From an uncultured Methanosarcinales archaeon (GTDB taxonomy: Archaea > Nanobdellota > Nanobdellia > Woesearchaeales > GW2011-AR9), in assembly GCA_964598745.1 (NCBI GenBank), contig CAZRCV010000004.1, positions 1 through 60,779 on the forward strand: 60,779 nucleotides of DNA. The letters run 5' to 3'. Made by a program: the position numbers and the translations under genes. Numbering within the stretch: the first letter of the stretch is position 1; every line of letters starts with the position of its first letter. Positions 10,228 through 19,493 of this stretch are shown here, piece after piece. The notes beneath the pieces are model-generated. The model made no database searches, was not told the origin of the DNA, and saw only the letters and a program-made list of their open reading frames with translations.

Positions 10228-10620
10228 ATGATGAAATTAACCCTTTGGAAGCTGCGCAAGGAAAATACTGATAATATTAATCAAGAGCTGCAATGGCTGG
10301 GAAACTCTTTGGGCTTGTTTAATCTGCGCGATCGAGACAGCAGCTGCTTTAGAATTTTCATTCTGCTAGTTCGCAAAGCTAAAAGAAACGAACCAGTGTC
10401 TTCTGATGATTTAGCAGAACAATTAAATCTAACTCGCGGCACAGTAGTGCATCATTTAACGCGGCTGATGGATTCTGGATTGGTAGTGCACGCCGGAAGA
10501 AAATATATTTTACGCGAACGAGATTTGAATCAAGTGGTAAAGGATATACACAAAGACATGGAATTAGTGTTTTCGGAAATACTGGAAGTGGCTCAAGAAG
10601 TTGATAAAAAGCTGGGCTGA
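10228..10620 (+). CDS. Winged-helix (ArsR-like) transcriptional regulator
   Basis: 130 aa, HTH segment DLAEQLNLTRGTVVHHLTRLMDSGLVV. It is divergent from grpE. Confidence 0.6.
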   Translation: MMKLTLWKLRKENTDNINQELQWLGNSLGLFNLRDRDSSCFRIFILLVRKAKRNEPVSSDDLAEQLNLTRGTVVHHLTRLMDSGLVVHAGRKYILRERDLNQVVKDIHKDMELVFSEILEVAQEVDKKLG

Positions 10621-10754
10621 TTTAAAGTAATTAAATATCGTAAATTAAGTTATTTCCTTTTGTTTTACTAAGTATCCTTCCCGTAAGCCATTTACAAAGA
10701 TTTAAATAGAGCTAGTTCAAAAAGGTTTTTACTCATTATTACTTTAAAAACAAA

Positions 10755-11237
10755 ATGTATACCAACCAACAAATTCAGGAAGCATGGGATAGGTATTCTG
10801 CAAGAATAAATCCCGTGAGAGAGATTCTAGGGTCAGGCCCATTAAACCAACATCGTGTCAATACAGTAGTTCATTCTGGAGATAGGTTTATGGTTGTTGA
10901 ATGGTTGCGGCAGCAAATGGCTGGGGGGATACTTTGGGGAAGTTATAGTGGTAAAATTAGGGTTTGTCAAGAGTTAATTTTGCAGAAAAATAAAGCTATG
11001 CCCGAGGATATAGATTTAACCCCTATTTATGCTGGGTCGCCTTTGGATGCTGAGGCCAATCCGTTCTTTATGGTTTCTTATCACGATAAAGTTTGGGATT
11101 ATGTTCTTGCTAATGCCATAACTGAAAGAGAATTCACCGCAGCAAGATTAATGCGAACTAGGAAGGATATCTCTTTTATTCTTGCAAGAGAAAATGATGT
11201 GAATTCTGATTTTCCTTTTGAGGCAGTTTTTAAATGA
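10755..11237 (+). CDS. Hypothetical protein
   Basis: 160-aa ORF with no recognised motif. Confidence 0.45.
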   Translation: MYTNQQIQEAWDRYSARINPVREILGSGPLNQHRVNTVVHSGDRFMVVEWLRQQMAGGILWGSYSGKIRVCQELILQKNKAMPEDIDLTPIYAGSPLDAEANPFFMVSYHDKVWDYVLANAITEREFTAARLMRTRKDISFILARENDVNSDFPFEAVFK

Positions 11238-11312
11238 GTACTTGCAACCATTTCAAGAAATTTTAATTATTTATATCTGCTCTTTCTACAGCTACTTTAA
11301 ACTCAGCAAACG

Positions 11313-11321
11313 TTTATAAAA
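11313..11321 (+). promoter_or_regulatory. TATA box for the aIF2-gamma gene
   Basis: TTTATAAAA lies 23 nt upstream of the ATG at 11344. The same spacing recurs across the window. Confidence 0.4.
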
Positions 11322-11343
11322 TACCCCTTATTCTTTTGATTTA

Positions 11344-12600
11344 ATGGCTAGAAAAAAAGTTGCAGCAGTGGCAGAGGCTGTTGATTCGCCTCAACCAGAA
11401 TTAAATATTGCCTTAGTTGGCCATGTTGATCATGGCAAGACTACGCTTACAGAACGTTTGAGTGGTAAATGGACTGACACGCATTCAGAGGAATTGAAGA
11501 AAGGAATCACTATCAGGTTAGGCTATGCCGACTTTTCGATTTATAAATGTGAAAAATGCAATTTTTTTACTACCAAAGACAATTGTCCGCGCTGTGGCTC
11601 TGCCGTTAAGAAGCTGCGAAAAATTTCTTTAGTGGATGCTCCCGGCCATGAATCATTAATGGCTACGATGCTTTCTGGAGCAGCTATCGTAGATGGAGCC
11701 TTGCTGTTAGTGGCAGCTAATGAAAAATGCCCTCAGCCGCAAACTAAAGAGCATTTGATGGCTTTGCAAATTTCTGGAATAAAAAATGTTATTTTGGTGC
11801 AAAATAAAATTGATTTAGTTTCTCCGGAAGAAGCCCTGGAAAATTATAATCAGATTAAGGAATTTCTAAGCAAAAGCGAATTTAAAGATATACCTATCAT
11901 TCCTGTTTCGGCCAGGGCTAATGTAAATATTGATGTTTTGTTAGAAGCCATACAACAGTATATCCCAACACCGAAAAGAGATGCCTCTGCTAACCCCTTG
12001 ATGTTAGTAGCGCGTTCGTTTGATGTTAACAAACCAGGAAGCAAACCAGAAGATTTGATCGGCGGGGTTTTGGGGGGCACGGTAAAGCAAGGTTTGTTTT
12101 CGGTTGGCGACCAGATACAAATTTCACCGGGTTACATGGCTGAAGAAAAAAACAAAAAAGTTTGGAAACCGTTAGTTACTACTATTCAAAAAATATTTTC
12201 TGGCGGAGTTCCAGTAGAGAAAGTCCTGCCGGGTGGAAGCATGGCTTTTGGCACAACTTTAGACCCTTCTATTGTTAAATCAGATTCTTTAGCTGGTTCA
12301 GTAGTGGGCCTTTCCGGAAAACTGCCGCCAACGCACACGCAAATTATTTTAGAAACTCAATTGTTAGAGCGGGTGGTGGGAACTAAGGATGAAAATGAAG
12401 TCAAACCTCTGGCTAAAAGTGAAATTTTAATGTTGAATGTTAATTCTGCTGCTACGGTTGGCGTAGTATTGGATCCTTCCAAGAAAAATACAACCTGTAT
12501 ATTAAAGAAACCAATCTGCGCTAATCCCGGTGACCGAATCACTATTTCCCGCCGGATAGGCGACAGGTTTAGGCTGATTGGTTATGGCATTTTAAAGTAA
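11344..12600 (+). CDS. eif2g: Translation initiation factor aIF2 gamma subunit
   Basis: GHVDHGKTTL, DAPGH and NKID GTPase motifs plus a zinc knuckle (CEKC...CPRC). 418 aa. Confidence 0.9.
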   Translation: MARKKVAAVAEAVDSPQPELNIALVGHVDHGKTTLTERLSGKWTDTHSEELKKGITIRLGYADFSIYKCEKCNFFTTKDNCPRCGSAVKKLRKISLVDAPGHESLMATMLSGAAIVDGALLLVAANEKCPQPQTKEHLMALQISGIKNVILVQNKIDLVSPEEALENYNQIKEFLSKSEFKDIPIIPVSARANVNIDVLLEAIQQYIPTPKRDASANPLMLVARSFDVNKPGSKPEDLIGGVLGGTVKQGLFSVGDQIQISPGYMAEEKNKKVWKPLVTTIQKIFSGGVPVEKVLPGGSMAFGTTLDPSIVKSDSLAGSVVGLSGKLPPTHTQIILETQLLERVVGTKDENEVKPLAKSEILMLNVNSAATVGVVLDPSKKNTTCILKKPICANPGDRITISRRIGDRFRLIGYGILK

Positions 12601-12611
12601 AAAGGAAGATT

Positions 12612-12944
12612 ATGGCAACTGTTAATGATTTTCAAAAGTTAGACATTCGTGTTGGAAAGATTATCGAAGTGGAAGATTTTCCTGAAGCCAGAAAACCAGC
12701 CTATAAATTGGCCATAGATTTAGGTAGTGAAATTGGAATTAAAAAATCGAGTGTCCAAATTGTTAAAAATTATTCTAAATCAGAATTAAACGGAAAATTA
12801 GTTCTTTGCATCGTTAATTTTCCACCCAGAATAATTGGCTCATTTTTATCTGAAGCCTTAACTTTAGGAGTTCCTGATAAAAATAAAGAATGTATTTTAA
12901 TTCAGCCTGAAAGAAAAGTTCCTATTGGCGGGAAATTATATTAA
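12612..12944 (+). CDS. tRNA-binding domain protein (CsaA/Trbp111-like)
   Basis: 110 aa, DIRVGKIIEVEDFPEARKPAYKLAIDLG...OB-fold tRNA-binding signature. Confidence 0.75.
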   Translation: MATVNDFQKLDIRVGKIIEVEDFPEARKPAYKLAIDLGSEIGIKKSSVQIVKNYSKSELNGKLVLCIVNFPPRIIGSFLSEALTLGVPDKNKECILIQPERKVPIGGKLY

Positions 12945-12959
12945 GGTTGAATTTTAAGC

Positions 12960-13691
12960 TCAAAAATATTGATCTAGGTTTACCGCTTGTTCTGATGCTA
13001 AATACAATCCAGAATCATTTCGTTGATAAGTTCTTATTTTGCCAGCAATACCTGACCTGCGGCCATGATCGGGATTGGTTTTCGTTGGGTCGTATTCAAA
13101 TAAAAACTCTTCGACCAGGCCATCTATAGTAAAATGAGTAACCTTGCCCATTCCTAATGGCCCATAGCGGCTGCGTTTGATTTGAAAGGTTTCTGTGTCA
13201 TGATAAGCATGAGGAAGCTTAATAGCCAGCCTGGTCTTAGTTCCAATTTTAGGTCTTGGGCCTTGGCCGGAAGCATAAAAGAAATTAGCTGGAACCATGT
13301 GATACATCACGAAATCGGCTGGCAGTCCTGGTGGGCTGTTATTTAATTCCTGAACATGGGTCATTCTGCTTTTAGTTCCATCAAAAACATAAGCTCCATC
13401 TTCTGCTTCTTTTTGTGGCAAATAACGGGAAAGTTCTGTTTTGGTAGGAATTTCTTTAAAACCACTTATTTCATCGTCACCTACCACGCGATCTTGCAGT
13501 AATCTCTCGGCCAAATGGCTGCCATTAGCTACAATCAATACACCAGAATAAGGGCAACTGACATCGCTTCCTTCCGGAATGGCACCTCTTTGGTTAGCTA
13601 AAACTCCATTTCTAATGCGCGGCAATGCCTTCCTTAAGTTAACAGAACAATGATAATCTACCAGCGCCCCAAACAACTCCCCTCTTTCCAC
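12960..13691 (-). CDS. Hypothetical protein
   Basis: 243-aa ORF with non-repetitive globular composition and no recognised motif. Confidence 0.5.
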   Translation of the reverse strand: MERGELFGALVDYHCSVNLRKALPRIRNGVLANQRGAIPEGSDVSCPYSGVLIVANGSHLAERLLQDRVVGDDEISGFKEIPTKTELSRYLPQKEAEDGAYVFDGTKSRMTHVQELNNSPPGLPADFVMYHMVPANFFYASGQGPRPKIGTKTRLAIKLPHAYHDTETFQIKRSRYGPLGMGKVTHFTIDGLVEEFLFEYDPTKTNPDHGRRSGIAGKIRTYQRNDSGLYLASEQAVNLDQYF

Positions 13692-13798
13692 AGTTTACTA
13701 GAGACTAAATCTGCTATTTATAATCATTGGGGCTGTTTTCTTATTTTTAGTCACAAAAATAAAAATATTTATTAGGAAATAAAAATATTTACAGTGAA

Positions 13799-14803
13799 AT
13801 GTCTAAAATTGACCCAGATTTTACTTTTTGTCGCGCAGAAGGCGCTCGTTCACCGCTGAAAGAGATAGCTAACCATTTAAGGAAAAGCCCGCAACGCTTG
13901 AAATATACTCAATCTCTGCTGGAACGAGAGAAAATCATTCATTCGCCTTATTGCATCTTTGATTATTCTTACCTCGGGTTAATTTTGTTCAGAGTTTATT
14001 TTAAAGGTGGGTATATTGGTGAAAAAGATAAAACTAGGATCATTGATGAACTTCTGGGCAATAATTATATTACTACAGTGCAGGAATTAACTGGTGAGTT
14101 TGATTTAGTAGTAGAGTTTTTAGCTCCTAATCCTTCCAAGTTTAACAAAGAACTCAAGAAAATGATTTCTAATTTACCTACGCTTAATGATTATAAAATC
14201 ATTCTTAATGTAGTTTCGCATGTCTATCCCCGGCATTATCTATGCCGCAATACTAATTTACACAGTTTGCACTTAGAACGGATAGTGGGAGGAGATCGCG
14301 AGCGGGAAATAATCACGGAGAATGAATTAGCAGTAATAAAGATTCTTTTAAAGAATCCGTTGGTAAGGCTTTCTTATTTAGCTAAAGACACTAATCTTAA
14401 TGTCAAAACAGTAAAATCTATTCTTAGAAGCATGGCCAAACGGAACATTATCAAGGGTTTTAAGTATAATCTCAATAAAGATAGCTTAGGAATAACTGCG
14501 GCGCGGCTGTTTTTAAAATTGCATAATGTTACCTTAGAACGCGAATCTAAGTTGATGGAGTTTGTGTTAGTCACTAAGGAAATAGTGCAGCTTCACAAAA
14601 CTGTAGGCGATTGGGATTTAGAGTTAGATTTAGAGTCGATCAATAAGCAAGGGATTCGTTACTTGCTGATTAAACTGCGAGAAGAGTTTAAAGACTTGAT
14701 TGAGCGGTTTAATTTGATTGAGTTGAATTATTGCCATAAGCGTTCTTATCTTCCGGCTTATCTTTTTCCGGCTGAAACAGTTACCGGCGTTGTTGAAAAC
14801 TAA
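13799..14803 (+). CDS. Tandem (double) Lrp/AsnC-like transcriptional regulator
   Basis: 334 aa. Two successive HTH plus RAM-like halves; the second half (AVIKILLKNPLVRLSYLAKDTNLNVKTVKSILRSMAKRNIIKGF) is clearer. Paralog of the 20625..21599 gene. Confidence 0.6.
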   Translation: MSKIDPDFTFCRAEGARSPLKEIANHLRKSPQRLKYTQSLLEREKIIHSPYCIFDYSYLGLILFRVYFKGGYIGEKDKTRIIDELLGNNYITTVQELTGEFDLVVEFLAPNPSKFNKELKKMISNLPTLNDYKIILNVVSHVYPRHYLCRNTNLHSLHLERIVGGDREREIITENELAVIKILLKNPLVRLSYLAKDTNLNVKTVKSILRSMAKRNIIKGFKYNLNKDSLGITAARLFLKLHNVTLERESKLMEFVLVTKEIVQLHKTVGDWDLELDLESINKQGIRYLLIKLREEFKDLIERFNLIELNYCHKRSYLPAYLFPAETVTGVVEN

Positions 14804-14901
14804 ATTAAGAAAGTTCCAGTTAATAACTTAATTTAGTTTCATCCTTAACTAGCTTTATTTTAAACAGTAAATTTAAAAATACGCCTTAAGAGCAGTAATC
14901 A

Positions 14902-15369
14902 ATGGCTAGAACAATCCTCATTTATGTTTTATTAATAGCTTTCTTTTTAATTCTTGCTTCAGCAGCAGTGTTATCTTTTACGGGATTTGGCCTATTTACC
15001 GCTCCAGAGCGGCATTCGCCTAGCGATTGGATAACTGAAGATCAGATCAGTGTTTATTCTGATAAAGTTATTTTAAACGTACTAAATCCTATTTGGGCAA
15101 AGTTTACTAACACTAATTCAATGGATCCATTTATTGACGAACTAGCTAATGCTATCGAAATTAAACCACGCTCTGCCGAGCAAATTCAGATTGGAGATGT
15201 TATCTCTTACCAAACTAGTTATGGTACAGTTATTCACCGGGTGGTGCAAAAAAATGCCGATACCCAAGGAGTTTATTATATAGTACAGGGAGATAACAAT
15301 ACTCTGCAAGATCCGGTTAAAGTTCGTTTTGCCGAAGTGGAAGGAGTAGTAATAGCAGTTATTTATTGA
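14902..15369 (+). CDS. Signal peptidase I, archaeal/ER type (S26B)
   Basis: N-terminal TM anchor, catalytic-Ser box TNSMDP, His box VIHRV and a conserved GDNN box. Confidence 0.7.
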   Translation: MARTILIYVLLIAFFLILASAAVLSFTGFGLFTAPERHSPSDWITEDQISVYSDKVILNVLNPIWAKFTNTNSMDPFIDELANAIEIKPRSAEQIQIGDVISYQTSYGTVIHRVVQKNADTQGVYYIVQGDNNTLQDPVKVRFAEVEGVVIAVIY

Positions 15370-15427
15370 GAATGTAACGGCTTAATTCCGAATTCTGGCT
15401 AATCGCTTAAAATGAGGCCATTTGCAG

Positions 15428-15700
15428 TTAATATAATGGCAGTTGCCAATAATCGATAATAGCTCCCAATAACAGATAGCCAATAGCTCGATCTCTAAGA
15501 GTGTCCAACAAAACCATTTTTCTAGCATCAGAAGCAGCAATCTTGTTGCCAGATGTTCGAGCATACTCACAATCAGCTTGCACTCTTCGGCTAGCTACTT
15601 GTACCGCTGCTGCTTCACCTACTGCCGGGATTGGCGTTAAAGCTAAAAATTCTAACAAGGAATCGTTAACACTCATGCTTCTTAAGGATTTAGATCTCAT
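15428..15700 (-). CDS. Hypothetical small protein (uncertain)
   Basis: 90-aa ORF with an AT-rich TATA-like stretch upstream. It competes with overlapping ORFs on both strands. Visibly more G+C than its neighbours. Confidence 0.3.
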   Translation of the reverse strand: MRSKSLRSMSVNDSLLEFLALTPIPAVGEAAAVQVASRRVQADCEYARTSGNKIAASDARKMVLLDTLRDRAIGYLLLGAIIDYWQLPLY

Positions 15701-15788
15701 CTAGCTTAAATTATATGGATTACATTATAAAATTTTTGAAGAAATTTCAAACACAATCTTTATAAATCTTTGACGAAAAAGTGATTTC

Positions 15789-16409
15789 ATGAAGAGATCA
15801 ACACTGCCATTATATGTTGCTTTGCTGGCAGCCAGCTCTCCTGCTGTAGCTAATGAAACGGATGAATTAGCACCTAGCGGAATGATAGAGGTTTCAGCCG
15901 GCCACAAAGCCAGTACCTTAGACACTAAACTAACCCTTCCCATTACTCCGGCTATAGCCTTTTTCACTAGAAATAGATTATCTTTAGGTTATGAAGGAAA
16001 ACCTGATTTTTTTACCGTGGGGTCCGTAAGTTGCCAATTAACAGATGGTTTTGCTGCCAGCGCGGAGTTAGACGTGACACCACAATCAGTAGATTCACGA
16101 TTAGCGCTGGAGTATTTTAGGCAATTCGGGCCTTTGGATCTTTATGGTATGGTCTCTGGATCACCAGCCGATGCTAACTTATTATTTTTCCTGGATGCTA
16201 GATTTAATCCAGATGGATCACCAGCAGCTTTAGGATTGGAGGCAATTACTATAGTTGGCAATGGCGGCCACCAATTAAGTTTACAGCGAGGGCGGGCTGG
16301 CGTTAGAGTTGGAAATTCACAGCTGGGAGTATTTGCAGATTTAACAGAAGCTGGAACGAATATGGAAACTAGCCATAATCTTGGGGCTTACCTAAGAACA
16401 TTATTTTGA
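15789..16409 (+). CDS. Secreted beta-barrel-like protein (outer-membrane-protein-like)
   Basis: Signal peptide MKRSTLPLYVALLAASSPAVA/NE, about 12 amphipathic alternating beta-strand segments and a C-terminal aromatic YLRTLF. Confidence 0.5.
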   Translation: MKRSTLPLYVALLAASSPAVANETDELAPSGMIEVSAGHKASTLDTKLTLPITPAIAFFTRNRLSLGYEGKPDFFTVGSVSCQLTDGFAASAELDVTPQSVDSRLALEYFRQFGPLDLYGMVSGSPADANLLFFLDARFNPDGSPAALGLEAITIVGNGGHQLSLQRGRAGVRVGNSQLGVFADLTEAGTNMETSHNLGAYLRTLF

Positions 16410-16420
16410 AATATTATAAT

Positions 16421-18184
16421 TCATCCTAGTTCATCATTTACAGTAAGGTCTTCCTTAGTTTGGTTTAACAAAATATTTTTTTGATCTTTCTTTTCCCTGA
16501 AACTTCTGGGAACGTGAATTTGTTCTGCAGTAAAGGTGTCCCTTCCGGAATAATAAGCAGCAGTAGAAGCAGTGCCAGGAGTGGGAGTAAAAATTTGCGT
16601 CAGGTTGACATAAATATCATGTTCAGCGCAGAATTCTCGCAACAGTTTCATGTCTTCCTTGGTGCAACCGGGATGAGCAGCTACAAAGTAAGGCACTAAA
16701 TTTTTGTTGGTTCCTTGTTCTTTATTGATCGTTTGGTACTCTGTCAAGAATTCTTCAAAGGCCGCGCGGGTAGACTTGTTCATTTGCTTTAAAACTGAAT
16801 CGGAGATATGTTCCGGGGCAATCTTTAAGCGGGAAACAAATTGCATAATTTTCCTAAACAATGCTTTTTGATCCAAGATGATGTCGTGGCGAATAGCGCT
16901 GCGCAATTCCAATTCTTTTCCAGAAGATGTTTGTTGCAATTTTTCAATTTCCTCTAACAGCGGATAAAGCTGGTCATGCAGCACTCGCTGTGGACAGCCA
17001 ACGCATTGTTGATTGCAATATTTTTTTTTGCTGTAAACGATTATTTCTTGATTAATAATCGGTGAAAATAATTTTTCTTCTTGATCATAGAGAGCGCAGT
17101 ATGAACCATACATATTAAGCGTAGGTAAAGTTAAGTCGTTAATTTTGTTGACTCCTTGGCCATAAAGGGCTTTGATTTCTTTAATGATACTCTGCTGGCT
17201 GCGGCGGGCTACTTCCTTTCCTTGCACTAAAGGAATGACACAAAAGTTGCAACCGCCCCAACAGCCTCGGCCTAAAACCACTGAAGTTTCTAACTTAGCC
17301 ACCATTTCTTGATTGAATTGCCAATTTTTAGAGTTAGGATGAAGTTTTCTAGTAAATTCACCTTCATATAAATAATCCATTTCATGTTCTGTAAGCAATG
17401 GTGCTAGACGATTATGTTGTATAAAGCCGCCACTGCATGGTTCAATAAAAGCGTTTTCTGGAAGCAGATAACTCATCCTGGTTAAGCGGCTAAATTGCTG
17501 TTTGTCCTTCAGGCAATCTTCATAACTCGGCAGCAGGGGAATCCTCGGATTAATTTCTTGCTTACTTATCCGAAAGGCTGCTCCATCTAGTCCAGGCAAG
17601 TTTAATTTAGCCGAGATAGAAGCAAAAGTTAGATTCGCTTGAGGCTGGTGTTGTTCAATACCCCTGATTCGTTGAAGCAAAATTAATAATGAGCGCTCAG
17701 CATTGGCAAATAATAATAAATCAGCTTTGCTATCATTAAGAATTCCCCGGCGTAATTTATTTTCTTTATAATCAAAATGAGTAAAGCGGCGAATGGTGGC
17801 TTCCACGCCGCCTAGGATAGTTATTGTCCCTTTATATAATTCTTTTATTTTTTGGCTGTAAACCAATAAAGCTCGTTCTGGAACAAGAACATTCTCTCGC
17901 TGATGCAGCATGGGAGTATAATTAGCTAGCATTGAATCTAGCAAACCGGAAGTAATACAAAAGACATATTTAGGTCGTCCACAAGCTTGGTAATCTTCCT
18001 CAGTTTGTGGTTGGGCAATGATTCCTACTTGATAACCTCGACGATCCAACAGCCGGGCTAGGATAGCCACACCGCTTAAAGGATGATCATAATATGGATC
18101 GCCGGTAACAAAAATAACATCAAACTGTTTAAAATTAGGATAATATTGTTTAGCCTCTTCTAAGGTGGTGGGAAGGAAGGCCAT
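16421..18184 (-). CDS. YgiQ-family radical SAM protein
   Basis: 587 aa with the N-terminal YgiQ signature (VIFVTGDPYYDHPLSGVAILARLL) and a radical SAM cluster (CWGGCNFC). Confidence 0.85.
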   Translation of the reverse strand: MAFLPTTLEEAKQYYPNFKQFDVIFVTGDPYYDHPLSGVAILARLLDRRGYQVGIIAQPQTEEDYQACGRPKYVFCITSGLLDSMLANYTPMLHQRENVLVPERALLVYSQKIKELYKGTITILGGVEATIRRFTHFDYKENKLRRGILNDSKADLLLFANAERSLLILLQRIRGIEQHQPQANLTFASISAKLNLPGLDGAAFRISKQEINPRIPLLPSYEDCLKDKQQFSRLTRMSYLLPENAFIEPCSGGFIQHNRLAPLLTEHEMDYLYEGEFTRKLHPNSKNWQFNQEMVAKLETSVVLGRGCWGGCNFCVIPLVQGKEVARRSQQSIIKEIKALYGQGVNKINDLTLPTLNMYGSYCALYDQEEKLFSPIINQEIIVYSKKKYCNQQCVGCPQRVLHDQLYPLLEEIEKLQQTSSGKELELRSAIRHDIILDQKALFRKIMQFVSRLKIAPEHISDSVLKQMNKSTRAAFEEFLTEYQTINKEQGTNKNLVPYFVAAHPGCTKEDMKLLREFCAEHDIYVNLTQIFTPTPGTASTAAYYSGRDTFTAEQIHVPRSFREKKDQKNILLNQTKEDLTVNDELG

Positions 18185-18201
18185 ATTCTAAACCAGGAAA
18201 A

Positions 18202-18810
18202 TTATTTTTTAAATTCCTTTAGCTGCTCCCAAACTGTTTCATAGCTATCATAATCATCTGGATTAATTCCACTAGCCGTAGCGGCTCTAGATATTACATC
18301 CTCAATAGGTTCATGAAAAGGGTTGGCCTTGCCTAAAGCCCAAACAGCAAAAGCATCACGCATCATTCTAACAATGGGGAAAGGGATTTCTCCATCAGTA
18401 TTATAAATTAAATGATCATAGTTATTAGCAAACCATGTTCTTATTTTTTTGTCTTGAGCAGAAACAGCAGCTTCTAAAGCTGATCTAATCTTTGATCTAG
18501 CTGCTAGATCATCAATTGATGCTACAGCCAGATTTGTTCTTTCAGTAAGATAATTCCGGGTATTGTCAACAGCAGTATCTAAGGAACGAGGAGTAATACA
18601 GCGCCAATTTCTGCCACTACTTTCAATATATTCTTGGTTTTCTTTTACGAGCTCTGCTACTAGTACTTGTTTAACTTGGCCATCAATAGTTAAGCTGTTA
18701 ATTCTGTTCCTAATTCTATGAAGAGATAATAATTCTAAATCGCCTGCGGTTTCATAGGATAGAACTAAATTTAACGGAAGTCCAATGGCTTGACTTAATT
18801 GTAATTCCAT
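18202..18810 (-). CDS. Hypothetical protein
   Basis: 202-aa ORF 17 nt upstream of the YgiQ gene. Helical-looking, no recognised motif. Confidence 0.5.
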   Translation of the reverse strand: MELQLSQAIGLPLNLVLSYETAGDLELLSLHRIRNRINSLTIDGQVKQVLVAELVKENQEYIESSGRNWRCITPRSLDTAVDNTRNYLTERTNLAVASIDDLAARSKIRSALEAAVSAQDKKIRTWFANNYDHLIYNTDGEIPFPIVRMMRDAFAVWALGKANPFHEPIEDVISRAATASGINPDDYDSYETVWEQLKEFKK

Positions 18811-18870
18811 TTTAAGAGAAATAAGCTAATTACTATTTAAACTTTTCTTCTTTTGACCACTAACAAGTGA

Positions 18871-19392
18871 TTACTGAGAGTGTCGTTTAGGACCACTACT
18901 TTTGGGAGAACTATAGGTAAACCAATCTTCTTTTGTTACTGGATGAAAATAATCTGCTTCTTCAGCCAGAATTTTAGCTGTTGTTTCCTTAACGGCAGCA
19001 ATTTCCACTCGTACGCCTTCTGATTTTAGGTGCCGGACTAAATCAACATAGTCTGAATCGCCAGACATAATTATAATAGTATCAACTTTAGGGGCTAACT
19101 GGGTGGCTTTAATTGACAAAGGGATATCTGCTGACTTATGGCAAGGAACAACTGAGCCATAATATTTGTTATACAATCTTTCTGCTAATTTGGAAGAAAT
19201 GTTTTTGCCTTCTCTAAAATAAATCAAGCGGTTTAAACCTCGGCCACTTAATAACCTGGGTATAATTTTATCAAAATTGATCATGTTGCTGGTAGAACCG
19301 CTTAATTCGTGGATACTCCGCTCGATATTATTGCCGTCACAAAGGATAGCCACAGATTGGTTAATGAGAATCTCTTTTTCCATAAATTTCAC
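18871..19392 (-). CDS. NYN/LabA-like (PIN-related) domain protein
   Basis: VAILCDGNNIERS and IIIMSGDSDYVDLVRHLKSEGVRVEIAAV, typical of LabA/DUF88 NYN domains. Confidence 0.7.
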   Translation of the reverse strand: MKFMEKEILINQSVAILCDGNNIERSIHELSGSTSNMINFDKIIPRLLSGRGLNRLIYFREGKNISSKLAERLYNKYYGSVVPCHKSADIPLSIKATQLAPKVDTIIIMSGDSDYVDLVRHLKSEGVRVEIAAVKETTAKILAEEADYFHPVTKEDWFTYSSPKSSGPKRHSQ

Positions 19393-19493
19393 CTGCTAGT
19401 AATTCTTATGCTGTTATTTTAGGTATAAACAAATTAGTTAATAAAGTTTTGGATAGCTGATCTGTTTACTGTAAGGAAAAAGATAAAGAATCA

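Noticed and set aside
12947-13129. 60-aa plus-strand ORF after the tRNA-binding protein gene
   Set aside because: It is antisense to the 3' end of the longer 243-aa minus-strand ORF and has no start context.
15382-15704. Three mutually overlapping ORFs (15382-15570 minus, 15428-15700 minus, 15501-15704 plus)
   Set aside because: At most one can be real and none has a recognisable motif. Only the 90-aa minus-strand ORF is listed, at low confidence.
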